This document shows positions 1-9,784 of a stretch of 64,000 bases of DNA, one piece after another. Source of the DNA: Bacilli bacterium (GTDB lineage Bacteria; Bacillota_I; Bacilli_A; RFN20; CAG-826); the NCBI GenBank assembly GCA_045615665.1, contig JAZLFJ010000053.1, positions 17,109 to 81,108 of the forward strand, in the 5' to 3' direction. The translations under genes were made by a program, and so were the position numbers. Position 1 is the first letter of the stretch; the number at the start of each line of letters is the position of its first letter. The notes below the pieces were generated by a model. It ran no database searches. It had not been told where the DNA came from and saw only the letters and a program-made list of their open reading frames with translations.

Positions 1-240
1 ATGAATAACTTTAACGTTATTTACCTCTTGACTGGTGGTGGACCAAAAGTTCAAGAATATTATGGAAATGCAGGTAAGACAGACTTACTTATTACCTGGT
101 TATTCTCGCTAGCGGTTAACGATACAAACTACAAGTTAGCAGCGGTCATCGGTATCATGGTGTTCATCGTTGTCGCTGTCCTTTCACTAGTGATTTATAA
201 CATCATTCCATCTACACGTAATGAGGAGGAATTCCAATAA
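1..240 (+). CDS. ABC sugar transporter permease (MalF/UgpA family), C-terminal fragment that starts before the window
   Basis: ORF runs from the window edge; C-terminal permease signature NVIYLLTGGGP followed by a TM segment; sits upstream of a MalG-like permease and a MalK-like ATPase. Confidence 0.6.
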   Translation: MNNFNVIYLLTGGGPKVQEYYGNAGKTDLLITWLFSLAVNDTNYKLAAVIGIMVFIVVAVLSLVIYNIIPSTRNEEEFQ

Positions 241-241
241 T

Positions 242-1111
242 ATGGCAACTGAAAAACATGGTATGTCGATGTCAAAGAAGAAGAAAATTGGTAATACCGC
301 TTCTTACATAGTCCTTGGATTAATCTCAATTATTTGGATTCTTCCGTTTATCTTCTTAGTATTGAAGTCCTTCGACACTGGTAACACCGGTGTTACAAGA
401 GACATAATTCCATCCGCTTGGGGATTTGATAATTATTCTTATTTATTCTCCAGTGATTGTAACTTCTTACAGTGGTACTTCAATACCTTTATAATCGCCT
501 TATTCGTATGTGTGATTCAAACTGCTATGCAGTTTATGATGGCTTACACTTTATCAAGATTCCGTTTCAAACTTCGTAAGCCACTTATGAACATCATGTT
601 AGTTCTTGGTATGTTCCCAGGCTTCTTAACGATGATTGTTCTATATCAATTATTAAAGACAATCGGACTTACTGGCGACAACGCTGTTCCGGGTTTGATC
701 CTTGTCTATGTTGCTTCCTCTGGTATGGGTTATTACGTTATCAAAGGTTTCTTAGATACGTTACCTAAATCACTTGATGAAGCAGCCTTGGTCGATGGAG
801 CGAATAGAATGCAAATCTTTATTAAGGTCATTCTTCCACTTTGTAAACCAATTCTCATCTATACCGTCTTAACTTCCTTTATGGGACCTTGGGGAGACTT
901 TGTCTTCGCTTATACAGTCTCACTTGGAAGCCAAGCTGGTATGAACGTTGCGGCTGGTCTTAACTCTTGGTTATCACCTGCTAATATAGGCGCACATTTC
1001 ACCCACTTCTGCGCTGGTGGTGTTATCGTCGCTATTCCAGTAATGGTGCTCTTCATGTTCTTACAGAAATATTATGTTGAAGGCGTTACTGGTGGTGCTG
1101 TTAAAGGATAG
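242..1111 (+). CDS. ABC sugar transporter permease (MalG/UgpE family)
   Basis: GAGGAGG ribosome-binding site (RBS) ahead of the ATG at 242; multi-TM protein with an EAA-like loop (DEAALVDGA); operon context. Confidence 0.8.
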   Translation: MATEKHGMSMSKKKKIGNTASYIVLGLISIIWILPFIFLVLKSFDTGNTGVTRDIIPSAWGFDNYSYLFSSDCNFLQWYFNTFIIALFVCVIQTAMQFMMAYTLSRFRFKLRKPLMNIMLVLGMFPGFLTMIVLYQLLKTIGLTGDNAVPGLILVYVASSGMGYYVIKGFLDTLPKSLDEAALVDGANRMQIFIKVILPLCKPILIYTVLTSFMGPWGDFVFAYTVSLGSQAGMNVAAGLNSWLSPANIGAHFTHFCAGGVIVAIPVMVLFMFLQKYYVEGVTGGAVKG

Positions 1112-1123
1112 GAGGCTATTAAA

Positions 1124-2593
1124 ATGGCTACAGTTGTATTAAAAGATGTAAAGAAAATTTATCCCGGAAATGTTGAGGTTGTTCATAAATTTAACCTCGA
1201 TATCAAAGATAAAGAATTTATCGTATTTGTTGGACCTTCTGGGTGTGGTAAATCCACAACTTTGAGAATGGTCGCAGGTCTAGAGGAAATATCCGCTGGA
1301 ACGATTGAAATCGATGGTGAAGTCGTTAACGACTTACAACCAAAAGATCGTCATATCTCCATGGTTTTCCAAAACTACGCCCTTTATCCACATTTAACAG
1401 TCTATGAAAACATGGCTTTCCCACTTCGTCTTGATAAGAAAGTGAGAGTGGTGGATGGCAAAGAGCAAAAAGGTTATACCAATGACCAAATCTATGAAAG
1501 AGTCACAAACGCAGCAAAGGTTCTTGGTATCACTCAATATTTAACTAGAAAACCAAAAGCTTTATCTGGTGGACAAAGACAACGTGTCGCTATCGGTCGA
1601 GCGATGGTTAAAGATTGTAAAGTCTTCTTAATGGACGAACCTTTATCTAACTTGGACGCGAAACTTCGTAACCAAATGAGAGCAGAAATCATCCTTTTAA
1701 GAAAACGTATCAATACGACATTTATCTATGTTACTCACGATCAAACCGAAGCTATGACTTTAGGTGATCGTATCGTCTGTTTAAAAGATGGTTATATCAT
1801 GCAAGTAGGTTCACCAGCTGAACTCTTCGATATGCCAGCAAATCTCTTTGTCGCTCAATTTATTGGTGCGCCAATGATGAACACAGTTGAATGTGAACTT
1901 AGCCTAGAAAAAGGCAAATATTATGTTAATCCATTCGGTTATAAACTTGTTGTTGATGGTGAAAAGGCTAAAGCCTTAAAAGAAAAAGGTATCGAATCCC
2001 GTAAAGTTATCTTAGGTGTTCGTCCAGAACATATTCAACTCGCGAAGAAAGGTGATACAAACTCCATTCCAGTTGAAATCTTAGTTAACGAAATGATGGG
2101 TAGTGAATATCATCTCCATGTTCAAACTGAAGATGGCACTCAACTCGTCGTTAGAATTCCAACCATCAATTTAAGCGATGAAGAAAGAACCTCAATGGTG
2201 ATGGGTTCAAAAATCAATGTTGTCTTTGAAGGCAAAGCCATGCACTTCTTTGATCCAGAAAATGAACGTAACCTTTTAGTGGACGAAATTTATGGACCAG
2301 AATTAATGAAGATGGAACTTGAAGCTGAATCTAAAGCTAAAGCAGAAGCAGAAGGTAGACCTTCTGAAGAAGTAAAAGAAGAACCAAAAGCCGAAGAAAA
2401 AGCTGGAGAAGCTAAACTTCTTTGCCCAGAATGCGGCGCGGAAGTTAAAGAAGGCGCTAAATTCTGTCCAGAATGTGGAACTAAGTTAGGTCAAAAAGAA
2501 GCTCCAAAGGAAGACGAACTCGTCAAAACCTTAAAGGACGAAAAAGAATTTCAACGCGAACTTAAAAAGAAAGACGCTGAAGAAAAAGAATAA
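1124..2593 (+). CDS. MsmK/MalK-type ABC ATPase with an extra C-terminal zinc ribbon and K/E-rich tail
   Basis: Walker A GPSGCGKST, signature LSGGQRQRVA, Walker B FLMDEPLSNLD, TOBE-like regulatory domain; about 110 extra C-terminal residues containing CPECG-x12-CPECG. Confidence 0.85.
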   Translation: MATVVLKDVKKIYPGNVEVVHKFNLDIKDKEFIVFVGPSGCGKSTTLRMVAGLEEISAGTIEIDGEVVNDLQPKDRHISMVFQNYALYPHLTVYENMAFPLRLDKKVRVVDGKEQKGYTNDQIYERVTNAAKVLGITQYLTRKPKALSGGQRQRVAIGRAMVKDCKVFLMDEPLSNLDAKLRNQMRAEIILLRKRINTTFIYVTHDQTEAMTLGDRIVCLKDGYIMQVGSPAELFDMPANLFVAQFIGAPMMNTVECELSLEKGKYYVNPFGYKLVVDGEKAKALKEKGIESRKVILGVRPEHIQLAKKGDTNSIPVEILVNEMMGSEYHLHVQTEDGTQLVVRIPTINLSDEERTSMVMGSKINVVFEGKAMHFFDPENERNLLVDEIYGPELMKMELEAESKAKAEAEGRPSEEVKEEPKAEEKAGEAKLLCPECGAEVKEGAKFCPECGTKLGQKEAPKEDELVKTLKDEKEFQRELKKKDAEEKE

Positions 2594-2602
2594 GGAGGGT
2601 TT

Positions 2603-2986
2603 ATGAAGAAGCTAAAATTTTCAAAGAAAACGCTTAGAACCCTCGCCTATACAGGTATTATCGGAGGGTGCGCTGTTTTAGCTCTAACATTCTTCACTAT
2701 CTCCCAATATATGAAAGCTAAATATCAAGCTTCAATCACCGTTCAATTAACGGCGAAAAGCCATGTTGATAAAGCGACTGAAGAGCAAATAGCTAGAGAA
2801 GGTAGCGAAGCTAACTGGTGGAAGAGTGTCTATGATGATTTTACTGAAATCACTAAAGCAAATTCTGCAGGTTATGTTGGAACAGCTATTCCAGCCTATA
2901 CTTTTTCAATGGCAACCTTAGTGGCGTTTGGACTTGTCTTAAAACACGCTGAAAAGACCAAAGAAAAAGAAGAAAAAGAAGTTTAA
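2603..2986 (+). CDS. small two-TM membrane protein, co-transcribed with the ABC ATPase
   Basis: strong RBS AAGGAGGG; two hydrophobic helices; K/E-rich C-terminus. Confidence 0.5.
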   Translation: MKKLKFSKKTLRTLAYTGIIGGCAVLALTFFTISQYMKAKYQASITVQLTAKSHVDKATEEQIAREGSEANWWKSVYDDFTEITKANSAGYVGTAIPAYTFSMATLVAFGLVLKHAEKTKEKEEKEV

Positions 2987-3007
2987 TCTTTTCTTAAACA
3001 CATAAGA

Positions 3008-3039
3008 GTCGGTTTAGATACCGACTTTTTTGTTTGTGT
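3008..3039 (+). terminator. rho-independent terminator
   Basis: GTCGGT-ttagata-ACCGAC hairpin followed by TTTTTTG. Confidence 0.7.
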
Positions 3040-3537
3040 GTTAAAATCATTATCGTGAAAAAAGAAAAGAGCTTATTTCTCATCTTCTCCCTCGTACTAG
3101 TGGGTCAATTTATTTTATGCGGTTATTCGCTCATCCAATGCTTTGTCTATGGAAGCAATGAAGGTGAAGTAGGGGGGCATGTTTTAGAAATCATTTATCT
3201 ATTCTTCCATCTCATCATGGTTGCGATCGTCTTTTATCTTTCTTTTAGAGCATTTAAGATCAAAGTTTCTTTCGCTAATCTACTCATGCTTGATGAGAAA
3301 GGTCAAAGAATTAAAAAACCGCTTATTATTAGCGGCATTTTAGCCTTTGTTTTCTTTTTTATTGGAATTTATTCCACTCTTCATTTAATTGGCCTACAAA
3401 CTCCTCCTTTAGACATCTTTCCATTAGGATTAACGCACGATTTAATGAATGCAGGTTATTTCTTTGGTTCAATCGCTTTAGTGCTATTCATCTATCCTTT
3501 CGTTCATGAAGAGGAAATTATCACTCAAGCGGATTAA
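3034..3537 (+). CDS. hypothetical hydrophobic protein; start uncertain (ORF begins inside the terminator T-run, so the real start is probably an internal GTG or ATG)
   Basis: long ORF with several predicted TM helices; no convincing RBS. Confidence 0.3.
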   Translation: MCVKIIIVKKEKSLFLIFSLVLVGQFILCGYSLIQCFVYGSNEGEVGGHVLEIIYLFFHLIMVAIVFYLSFRAFKIKVSFANLLMLDEKGQRIKKPLIISGILAFVFFFIGIYSTLHLIGLQTPPLDIFPLGLTHDLMNAGYFFGSIALVLFIYPFVHEEEIITQAD

Positions 3538-3725
3538 TTATTTTGGGATTTCATATTATAGATTAACTAAGTTTGATTAGACAATTACCTCAAAACAAGA
3601 ATATAGCGTGCAATATTCTTCTTTAAAAATGATAGTCAGACTATCAAATCGTCTTACATTATTGTAAAATTGTTGACTATTTTATTTTTTTATTATCTAA
3701 TAAAATAACCTTTGGGGATAAGCTG

Positions 3726-6700
3726 ATGAAAAAAAGTCTTCGATTTGTAACACTTGGTGGAATACTCGCCCTATCTATTCCGGCATTTCTTGCTTTATCC
3801 CATAACACAAAAAGTGCAAATGCTTATAGCACATCATCGTTACCTACAACGATTGATTTAAATGACACAAGTGCCGCGAACATTCGTAGTTACTATTCAA
3901 GTTTAAATAGTCTTTCAACATCCGAAAGACAAGGTAACAATCTTTTAAAGAATCTAAAAACCATTCTTAAGAGTGGACAAAAATATTATTCCTATGATAG
4001 TGGTAACGCTATTTGGCAAATCTATGAAATAGCGGATCGAGATTGGTCTAAATCACCAGCAAGTTCAACAACATACGGAACATACAATTCAACAACAAAT
4101 GAAATTACAAACTATACATATGGAACATCAGCTTCGTCATCGAAGAATAATCCATACATTCATGCTTTATATATCAATCGCGATGTGAATAACCAAACAA
4201 CCGCCTGGGACAACCATAACCAAGATAAGTGGGGCATCAACCGTGAACACGTTTGGCCAAAGGCTGAAGGTTTTGAAACTAGTGGTGCTGGCGGTGCTCG
4301 TGGTGACCCAATGCACTTAATGGCAGGCAATGGTTATTCAAATAACATTCATAGTAATTACTATTACGGTTATGTAAAGACTTCTAGTTCTTACACTGAC
4401 TGTGGTAGCAAATATTCAAACCAAAGTGGAAACCTACGTGGGACTTCCAAAACTTTAAATAGCGGAACAGTTTTTGAACCGCAAGATTGCGACAAAGGCG
4501 ATATTGCTCGTGCTATTTTCTACATGGTTGCCCGTTATAACTACCTGTCAGGTAGCGATAGCGACGGTATCGATAGCAATAATCCCAACTTAGCTTTAAC
4601 ACAATCACTTAGTGATTGGGCCAGCAGCGGATACGCTTCCACAACCTCTAAAAAAGGTTATATGGGTATCATGACCGACCTTTTAGCATGGCATAAAGCT
4701 GATCCAGTCGATGAATATGAAATTCATCGTAACAATCTTTTATACACAAACTTCACAAATAACAGAAACCCATTTATTGACTTCCCAGAATGGGCAGACT
4801 TCATTTGGGGAACTGTTTCCTATAGTGGAAGTACATATAATTCATATTCTCCAACTCCAACGGGTTATGCCACTCCAAATAGTGACACAATCAACGGCTA
4901 TAATGGTGGCGGTGAAGTCATCTCTGTGACTGGTGTTAATTTAAATAAAGATTCAACATCCATCACAGTTGGTGGTGCAGAAACTTTAGAAGCTACAGTC
5001 GCACCAAACAATGCAACAAACAAAGCTGTTTCTTGGTCATCAAGCAATACAAATATTGCTACCGTTAGTGGTGGTACCGTTAGAGGCGTCGCTGAAGGTA
5101 GTGCAACAATCACAGTCACAACGAGTGATGGCGGTTATACTGATACATGTTCTGTTGAAGTAACTGCTTCCGGTGGTGGAGGTGGAGATCCTGTAAGCGA
5201 TGTTATGTTTGCCAAAGGTTTTGGTGGGAATACAGCATCATCATATTCTGCTGCCGGAACCGATTATACTGGTTTAGCAAATGTTACTAACTCAAGTGGC
5301 TCAACATATGCAATGCAGGTCTTTAATGGAAGCAATGGACAAGTTAAGGGTAATGGATCTGGTGCTGCTAATTTTAGCTTAAGAAACACCACAACATACA
5401 GCGGATACTATGTATCAAGTGTTTCGTTAACTGTTGCAACAGGTACAATTGATGGCTCTACAGCTGATCGTTCGGTTGTTTATTTTGGCTCATCTGCATA
5501 CGCAAATCCAAACACAACAGCTCCTTCAGGAACATCGACATCAGCAAGCCCTGCATTATCAGGGCAATCAATTTTAACCTGGAGCAATTCCGATACATCA
5601 AAAAATTACTTTATTTTATATAACTTGAAAACTTCCGGAAGTGCTTTTTGTAAGGATGAAACAACACCTTTGACTGTAACTTGGTCTCCTGTTTCATCAA
5701 GTATCAAAACTCTTGATAGTATTACACTTGATACAAGCGATGCTCCAACAACATTTGATGTTGGTGATACATTTAGTTATGAAGGTTTGAGCGTAACCGC
5801 TAATTATGATGATGGTTCTAGCGACATAGTCGTCCCAACATCCGTATCTACCCCGGATATGTCTACAGCAGGTCAAAAGACCGTCACTGTTACATATACT
5901 GAAGGTGGAGTCACTAAAAACGCAACATATACGATTACAGTTAACGCTGTTGTATTAACTTCTATTGAAGTTAGTAATGCTGAAACAGCGTATTATGTTG
6001 GTGATACCTTTGTTAAACCAACAGTAACCGCTACATTTTCAAACGGATCAACATCTGATGTCACTAATAGTGCAACATTCAGTGGATACAATTTATCAAA
6101 TGCTGGTAATCAAACCGTTACAGTTAGTTATACTAATGGTAGCACAACAAAAACTACCTCTTATTCAATCACCGTTACTGCGGTGACTGTAACATCAATC
6201 ACAATAAGCGGTTATAAAACGTCGTTTAATGTTGGAGACGCATTCTCCTTTGGAGGAACAGTTACTGCAAATTATAATAACGGTTCAACCGCAAATGTAA
6301 CCGCAAGTGCTTCATTTAGTGGTTACAACATGTCAACCGCTGGCAACCAAACTGTCACTGTCTCCTATGGGGGACAAAGCACAACCTATCAAATCACCGT
6401 TAGTGATCCAAGCACTGATATAACAGTATCTTCAACCATAGAAAAAATCGCCATTGCAAACAATTGGGTTGTTTCTTCGGGAAGCGGGTCACAAACTTGT
6501 TATACAAGTTTTGACCTCGATGAAGTCATTAATGTTTCCACAACTGGTTCCGCAAATTGTGGATCATATTGGTCCTCCAAAGATTGGCGTCTATACCAAA
6601 ATAGAGGTGGAAACATTATCATCACAGCCAATGACGACTATATCATTGATTCTGTTACCATCACTTTTACAGTTGCAAATACTGGTGCATTAATTGATTC

Positions 6701-7889
6701 AAATTCAGAAGTAATCAATTCGGGCGATGCTCAAACTATAAATGCTCAAAGCGGGACATTCACGGTTGGAAATACAGATAAAGCTACGAATGGACAAGCT
6801 AAAATAACAGCTATATCAGTCACTTATCATTCAACTTCAACCGATCCAATAACAAGTATTACCGCTTCGGTTAGCAAAACATTTGCGGTAGGTGAAACGA
6901 TTTCTACAAGTGATATAACTGTTAAGGGCGATAATGGGCAAACTGTTACAGGTTTTAGCTTTGCTAATAATGGTTATCAATTCACTTATGCTGATGCAGC
7001 TAGTGGTGGTGCTTCTACAAGCAAAACATTCACTAATGCAGTCACTTATAGCACATTTACTTGTTCGTTAACTGTTAATGTTGCTAGAACCGCTTACGAA
7101 GCTCCATTGAATAAAACATATTCGTTAACAACCTCAGATTTTGCAAGTTTGTCTGGAACTTCATCTAGCCCGGCAACTAACACAATAACCAAAGATGGTG
7201 TTTCATTTATAGCTACCCAGTCATATAAATACAACAAAAATAGTACATCTTACTTATCGTTATGGACCACAAAAGGCGATGATCTTTATGTTGCACCCGG
7301 AAGCATCTATAACGATAATGCATTTACGGGATCAATTATAAGTGTTACGCCAACGCAATATGGTTCTACCACAAAACAACCAACTATTTATTACAGCGAT
7401 GATAAAACAAATTGGTCGACTACAAACAACAACAATCATTATTTCAAAATCAGTTTTGATGGAGAATTTACTGGTTATCCTAATTTTTCTTCAATCACCG
7501 TGGTGGTAGCAGGCGCCGAAACCGCAAGTAATGTTGCAAACTATGTAATGTATGAAGATACAGCAAATCAATGTGTAACCAAATTTGTAGCAGCGTCGAA
7601 CTATTTTGGCAATATGCCCACTTCCGAAAGAGCGATATTCATGACTTCCAATGACTATGTCATTGTAACTGCTAGAGAAAGACTCCAAGCCTGGGCAAGA
7701 TACCACGGCAAGACGATCTCTTATGAGAATAGTGATTACATAATCAAGAATGTTTCTCCAGTTTCTGTTATATTCGGAAATGATGCTACAAATAATTCTC
7801 AAACATTACTAATTGTAATCGTGTCTTCTCTACTAGGTGTAAGTGTTATCGGTGGATACATTTTCCTCAGAAAGAGAAAAGAACAATAA
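3726..7889 (+). CDS. surface-anchored extracellular nuclease: signal peptide + endonuclease I (EndA) family domain + Big_2 + tandem Ig-like domains + C-terminal TM anchor
   Basis: N-terminal signal; EndA motifs REHVWP, DPMHLMAGN and GDIARAIFYMVARYNY match E. coli EndA EHVVPAW, DMHNLQP and GAIARTYFYMRDQYN; Big_2 domain; four or more repeats of about 90 aa (GD.F...GL.VTANY.DGS...AGNQTVTVSY); C-terminal LLIVIVSSLLGVSVIGGYIFLRKRK anchor. Confidence 0.8.
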   Translation: MKKSLRFVTLGGILALSIPAFLALSHNTKSANAYSTSSLPTTIDLNDTSAANIRSYYSSLNSLSTSERQGNNLLKNLKTILKSGQKYYSYDSGNAIWQIYEIADRDWSKSPASSTTYGTYNSTTNEITNYTYGTSASSSKNNPYIHALYINRDVNNQTTAWDNHNQDKWGINREHVWPKAEGFETSGAGGARGDPMHLMAGNGYSNNIHSNYYYGYVKTSSSYTDCGSKYSNQSGNLRGTSKTLNSGTVFEPQDCDKGDIARAIFYMVARYNYLSGSDSDGIDSNNPNLALTQSLSDWASSGYASTTSKKGYMGIMTDLLAWHKADPVDEYEIHRNNLLYTNFTNNRNPFIDFPEWADFIWGTVSYSGSTYNSYSPTPTGYATPNSDTINGYNGGGEVISVTGVNLNKDSTSITVGGAETLEATVAPNNATNKAVSWSSSNTNIATVSGGTVRGVAEGSATITVTTSDGGYTDTCSVEVTASGGGGGDPVSDVMFAKGFGGNTASSYSAAGTDYTGLANVTNSSGSTYAMQVFNGSNGQVKGNGSGAANFSLRNTTTYSGYYVSSVSLTVATGTIDGSTADRSVVYFGSSAYANPNTTAPSGTSTSASPALSGQSILTWSNSDTSKNYFILYNLKTSGSAFCKDETTPLTVTWSPVSSSIKTLDSITLDTSDAPTTFDVGDTFSYEGLSVTANYDDGSSDIVVPTSVSTPDMSTAGQKTVTVTYTEGGVTKNATYTITVNAVVLTSIEVSNAETAYYVGDTFVKPTVTATFSNGSTSDVTNSATFSGYNLSNAGNQTVTVSYTNGSTTKTTSYSITVTAVTVTSITISGYKTSFNVGDAFSFGGTVTANYNNGSTANVTASASFSGYNMSTAGNQTVTVSYGGQSTTYQITVSDPSTDITVSSTIEKIAIANNWVVSSGSGSQTCYTSFDLDEVINVSTTGSANCGSYWSSKDWRLYQNRGGNIIITANDDYIIDSVTITFTVANTGALIDSNSEVINSGDAQTINAQSGTFTVGNTDKATNGQAKITAISVTYHSTSTDPITSITASVSKTFAVGETISTSDITVKGDNGQTVTGFSFANNGYQFTYADAASGGASTSKTFTNAVTYSTFTCSLTVNVARTAYEAPLNKTYSLTTSDFASLSGTSSSPATNTITKDGVSFIATQSYKYNKNSTSYLSLWTTKGDDLYVAPGSIYNDNAFTGSIISVTPTQYGSTTKQPTIYYSDDKTNWSTTNNNNHYFKISFDGEFTGYPNFSSITVVVAGAETASNVANYVMYEDTANQCVTKFVAASNYFGNMPTSERAIFMTSNDYVIVTARERLQAWARYHGKTISYENSDYIIKNVSPVSVIFGNDATNNSQTLLIVIVSSLLGVSVIGGYIFLRKRKEQ
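5690..6410 (+). repeat. tandem Ig-like domain-encoding repeats of about 270 nt inside the nuclease gene
   Basis: repeated protein modules TVTVTYTEGG.../TVTVSYTNGS.../TVTVSYGGQ... visible in the translation. Confidence 0.6.
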
Positions 7890-7901
7890 TACTTAAATAG
7901 G

Positions 7902-7925
7902 ATGCCCTGCATCCTTTTTATTTAA
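7902..7925 (+). terminator. rho-independent terminator
   Basis: GGATGC-cct-GCATCC hairpin followed by TTTTTATTT. Confidence 0.7.
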
Positions 7926-7978
7926 CTTTGTTATCAAATCGTTTTGTATTGTTTTATTAACTATTTAAAATAATAGGC

Positions 7979-8899
7979 ATGAAAGAAATAAAAGTAGGAA
8001 ACACTCCTTTTGTCGAACTTAAAGGAATAGAAGCCAAATACGATTTAAAAGCTCGTTTATTCGCGAAAGTTGAATCATTTAATCCGGCTGGTTCAGTCAA
8101 AGACCGCATCGCCTACAAGATGATTATGGATGCGAAAGAAAAAGGTTTAGTTAAAGAAAATACAACCTTTATTGAACCAACCTCTGGAAATACTGGTATT
8201 GCAATAGCTTATATGGCGAAAGCTTTAGGCTATAAAGCCATCATCGTCATGCCAGAATCAATGACAATTGAAAGAAGACAAAAGATTTTATCTTTTGGAG
8301 CGAAGCTTGTTCTAACCGAAGCTTCTAAAGGTATGAAAGGATCAATTGAAAAGGCTAATAAACTTCTTAAAGAGATTCCTAATTCTATAATCTTGGGTCA
8401 ATTTGATAATTTAGCTAATCCTAAAGTCCACTATGAAACAACTGGTCCGGAAATCTATAAACAAAGCGAAGGAAAAATCGATATCTTCGTTTCAGGCGTT
8501 GGAACTGGTGGCACCATTTCAGGTACTGGAAAATATCTTAAAGAGAAAAAGAATGTAAAAGTGGTAGCGGTTGAACCCCTTAATAGCGCAGTTTTAAGCG
8601 GCTTTAACCCCGGAAAACACAAAATCCAAGGAATTGGAGCAGGCTTTATTCCAAATACGCTTGATACTTCTATTTATGATGTAATTTATAAAGCAGATGA
8701 TATGGCCGCCATAAGTATGGCGATGGAAGTTAAAGAAATTGAAGGAATCGGAGTTGGAATATCTTCAGGAGCTGCTCTCCTTGGCGCGATAAACGAAGCC
8801 AAAAAGAAAGAAAATGAAGGTAAATATATCGTTATGATCTTCCCTGATGGAGAAGATAGATATAACTTCAGTGATTTAATTAAAAACATTTCTAAATAA
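7979..8899 (+). CDS. cysK: cysteine synthase A (O-acetylserine sulfhydrylase)
   Basis: PLP-enzyme motifs SVKDRIA, TSGNTGIAIA and GTGGTISG. Confidence 0.9.
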   Translation: MKEIKVGNTPFVELKGIEAKYDLKARLFAKVESFNPAGSVKDRIAYKMIMDAKEKGLVKENTTFIEPTSGNTGIAIAYMAKALGYKAIIVMPESMTIERRQKILSFGAKLVLTEASKGMKGSIEKANKLLKEIPNSIILGQFDNLANPKVHYETTGPEIYKQSEGKIDIFVSGVGTGGTISGTGKYLKEKKNVKVVAVEPLNSAVLSGFNPGKHKIQGIGAGFIPNTLDTSIYDVIYKADDMAAISMAMEVKEIEGIGVGISSGAALLGAINEAKKKENEGKYIVMIFPDGEDRYNFSDLIKNISK

Positions 8900-8965
8900 T
8901 TGTATCGCAATCAAAATGTGATATTATAATAGTGAGCTGTCCGGAAGGACTGGGTTCACCATATG

Positions 8966-8987
8966 GGGGCAGGACGCCCCTTTTTAT
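8966..8987 (+). terminator. rho-independent terminator (after cysK)
   Basis: GGGGC-aggac-GCCCC hairpin followed by TTTTTAT. Confidence 0.6.
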
Positions 8988-8992
8988 ATAAA

Positions 8993-9676
8993 ATGAAAGA
9001 ATTAAGTATTTTTGTTGATGAAGCCGGGGTGTTAGGGCCTTATGATTTTAAAGACCCTTACTATATTCTTTCCTTCGTTTTTCATAATCAAGAAAATGAT
9101 CTAACAGAAGAGATTAGATATTTAGAAGAAAATGTAAATAATCTCGGTTTCAAAGTTAATCAATTGCATGCAGGACCAATTATTAGAAGAGAAACGAAAG
9201 ATTTTAAAAACGTTGAAAGAGATGTTCGCAAAAAATTGATGATGTCTATGATGTCTTTTTTTCGTAGGAGCCCTCTTCTTTGCAAATCCATTTACATTGA
9301 AAAGAAACATATGGAAGATGATGTAGAAATGATTGGTAGACTTTCATTGGAATTAAAAAGATTTTTAACAGAAAATTTGAATTATTTCTTAGCTTTTGAC
9401 GTAGTCAAGATTTATTATGATAATGGTCAAATACCAATTGCTAGAATGCTTGCTACTGTCTTTAAAATAGTTTTATCAGATGTTGAATTTAAAAAAGTTA
9501 TACCTTCAGATTATCAGTTGTTTCAAATATCCGATATGCTATGCACTTTAAAACTAATTGAGTTAAAACTTAATAATAAAAAGCTCTCCAAATCTGAAAG
9601 AGCATTCTTTGATTATTCGGATAGATTATTAAAGAAACACTATCTTCGAATAATAGATCATAAAACAATTCATTAA
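8993..9676 (+). CDS. DUF3800-like hypothetical protein
   Basis: N-terminus MKELSIFVDEAGVLG...YYILSFVF resembles the DUF3800 IYIDESG start; start taken at the ATG after the terminator because the longer ORF from 8963 would contain the hairpin. Confidence 0.5.
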   Translation: MKELSIFVDEAGVLGPYDFKDPYYILSFVFHNQENDLTEEIRYLEENVNNLGFKVNQLHAGPIIRRETKDFKNVERDVRKKLMMSMMSFFRRSPLLCKSIYIEKKHMEDDVEMIGRLSLELKRFLTENLNYFLAFDVVKIYYDNGQIPIARMLATVFKIVLSDVEFKKVIPSDYQLFQISDMLCTLKLIELKLNNKKLSKSERAFFDYSDRLLKKHYLRIIDHKTIH

Positions 9677-9702
9677 CTATATAATCAATGTAATAAGACC
9701 AG

Positions 9703-9728
9703 ACCAAGTTAATTACTTGGTTTTTTCT
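9703..9728 (+). terminator. rho-independent terminator
   Basis: ACCAAGT-taat-ACTTGGT hairpin followed by TTTTTTC. Confidence 0.7.
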
Positions 9729-9784
9729 TTGAAAAAATATTGCTTTATTTTTCTAAAAGACATATAGTAGCCAATGTTGATTTT

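Noticed and set aside
4711-7802. Small ORFs on both strands inside the nuclease gene (4711-4929, 4898-5119, 6454-6693, 7491-7802)
   Set aside because: They are embedded in a long, repeat-rich CDS with strong homology. No independent signals.
8963-8992. Alternative longer start (ATG 8963) for the DUF3800-like gene
   Set aside because: It would place the cysK terminator hairpin and T-run inside the coding region. The downstream ATG at 8993 gives the family-typical N-terminus.
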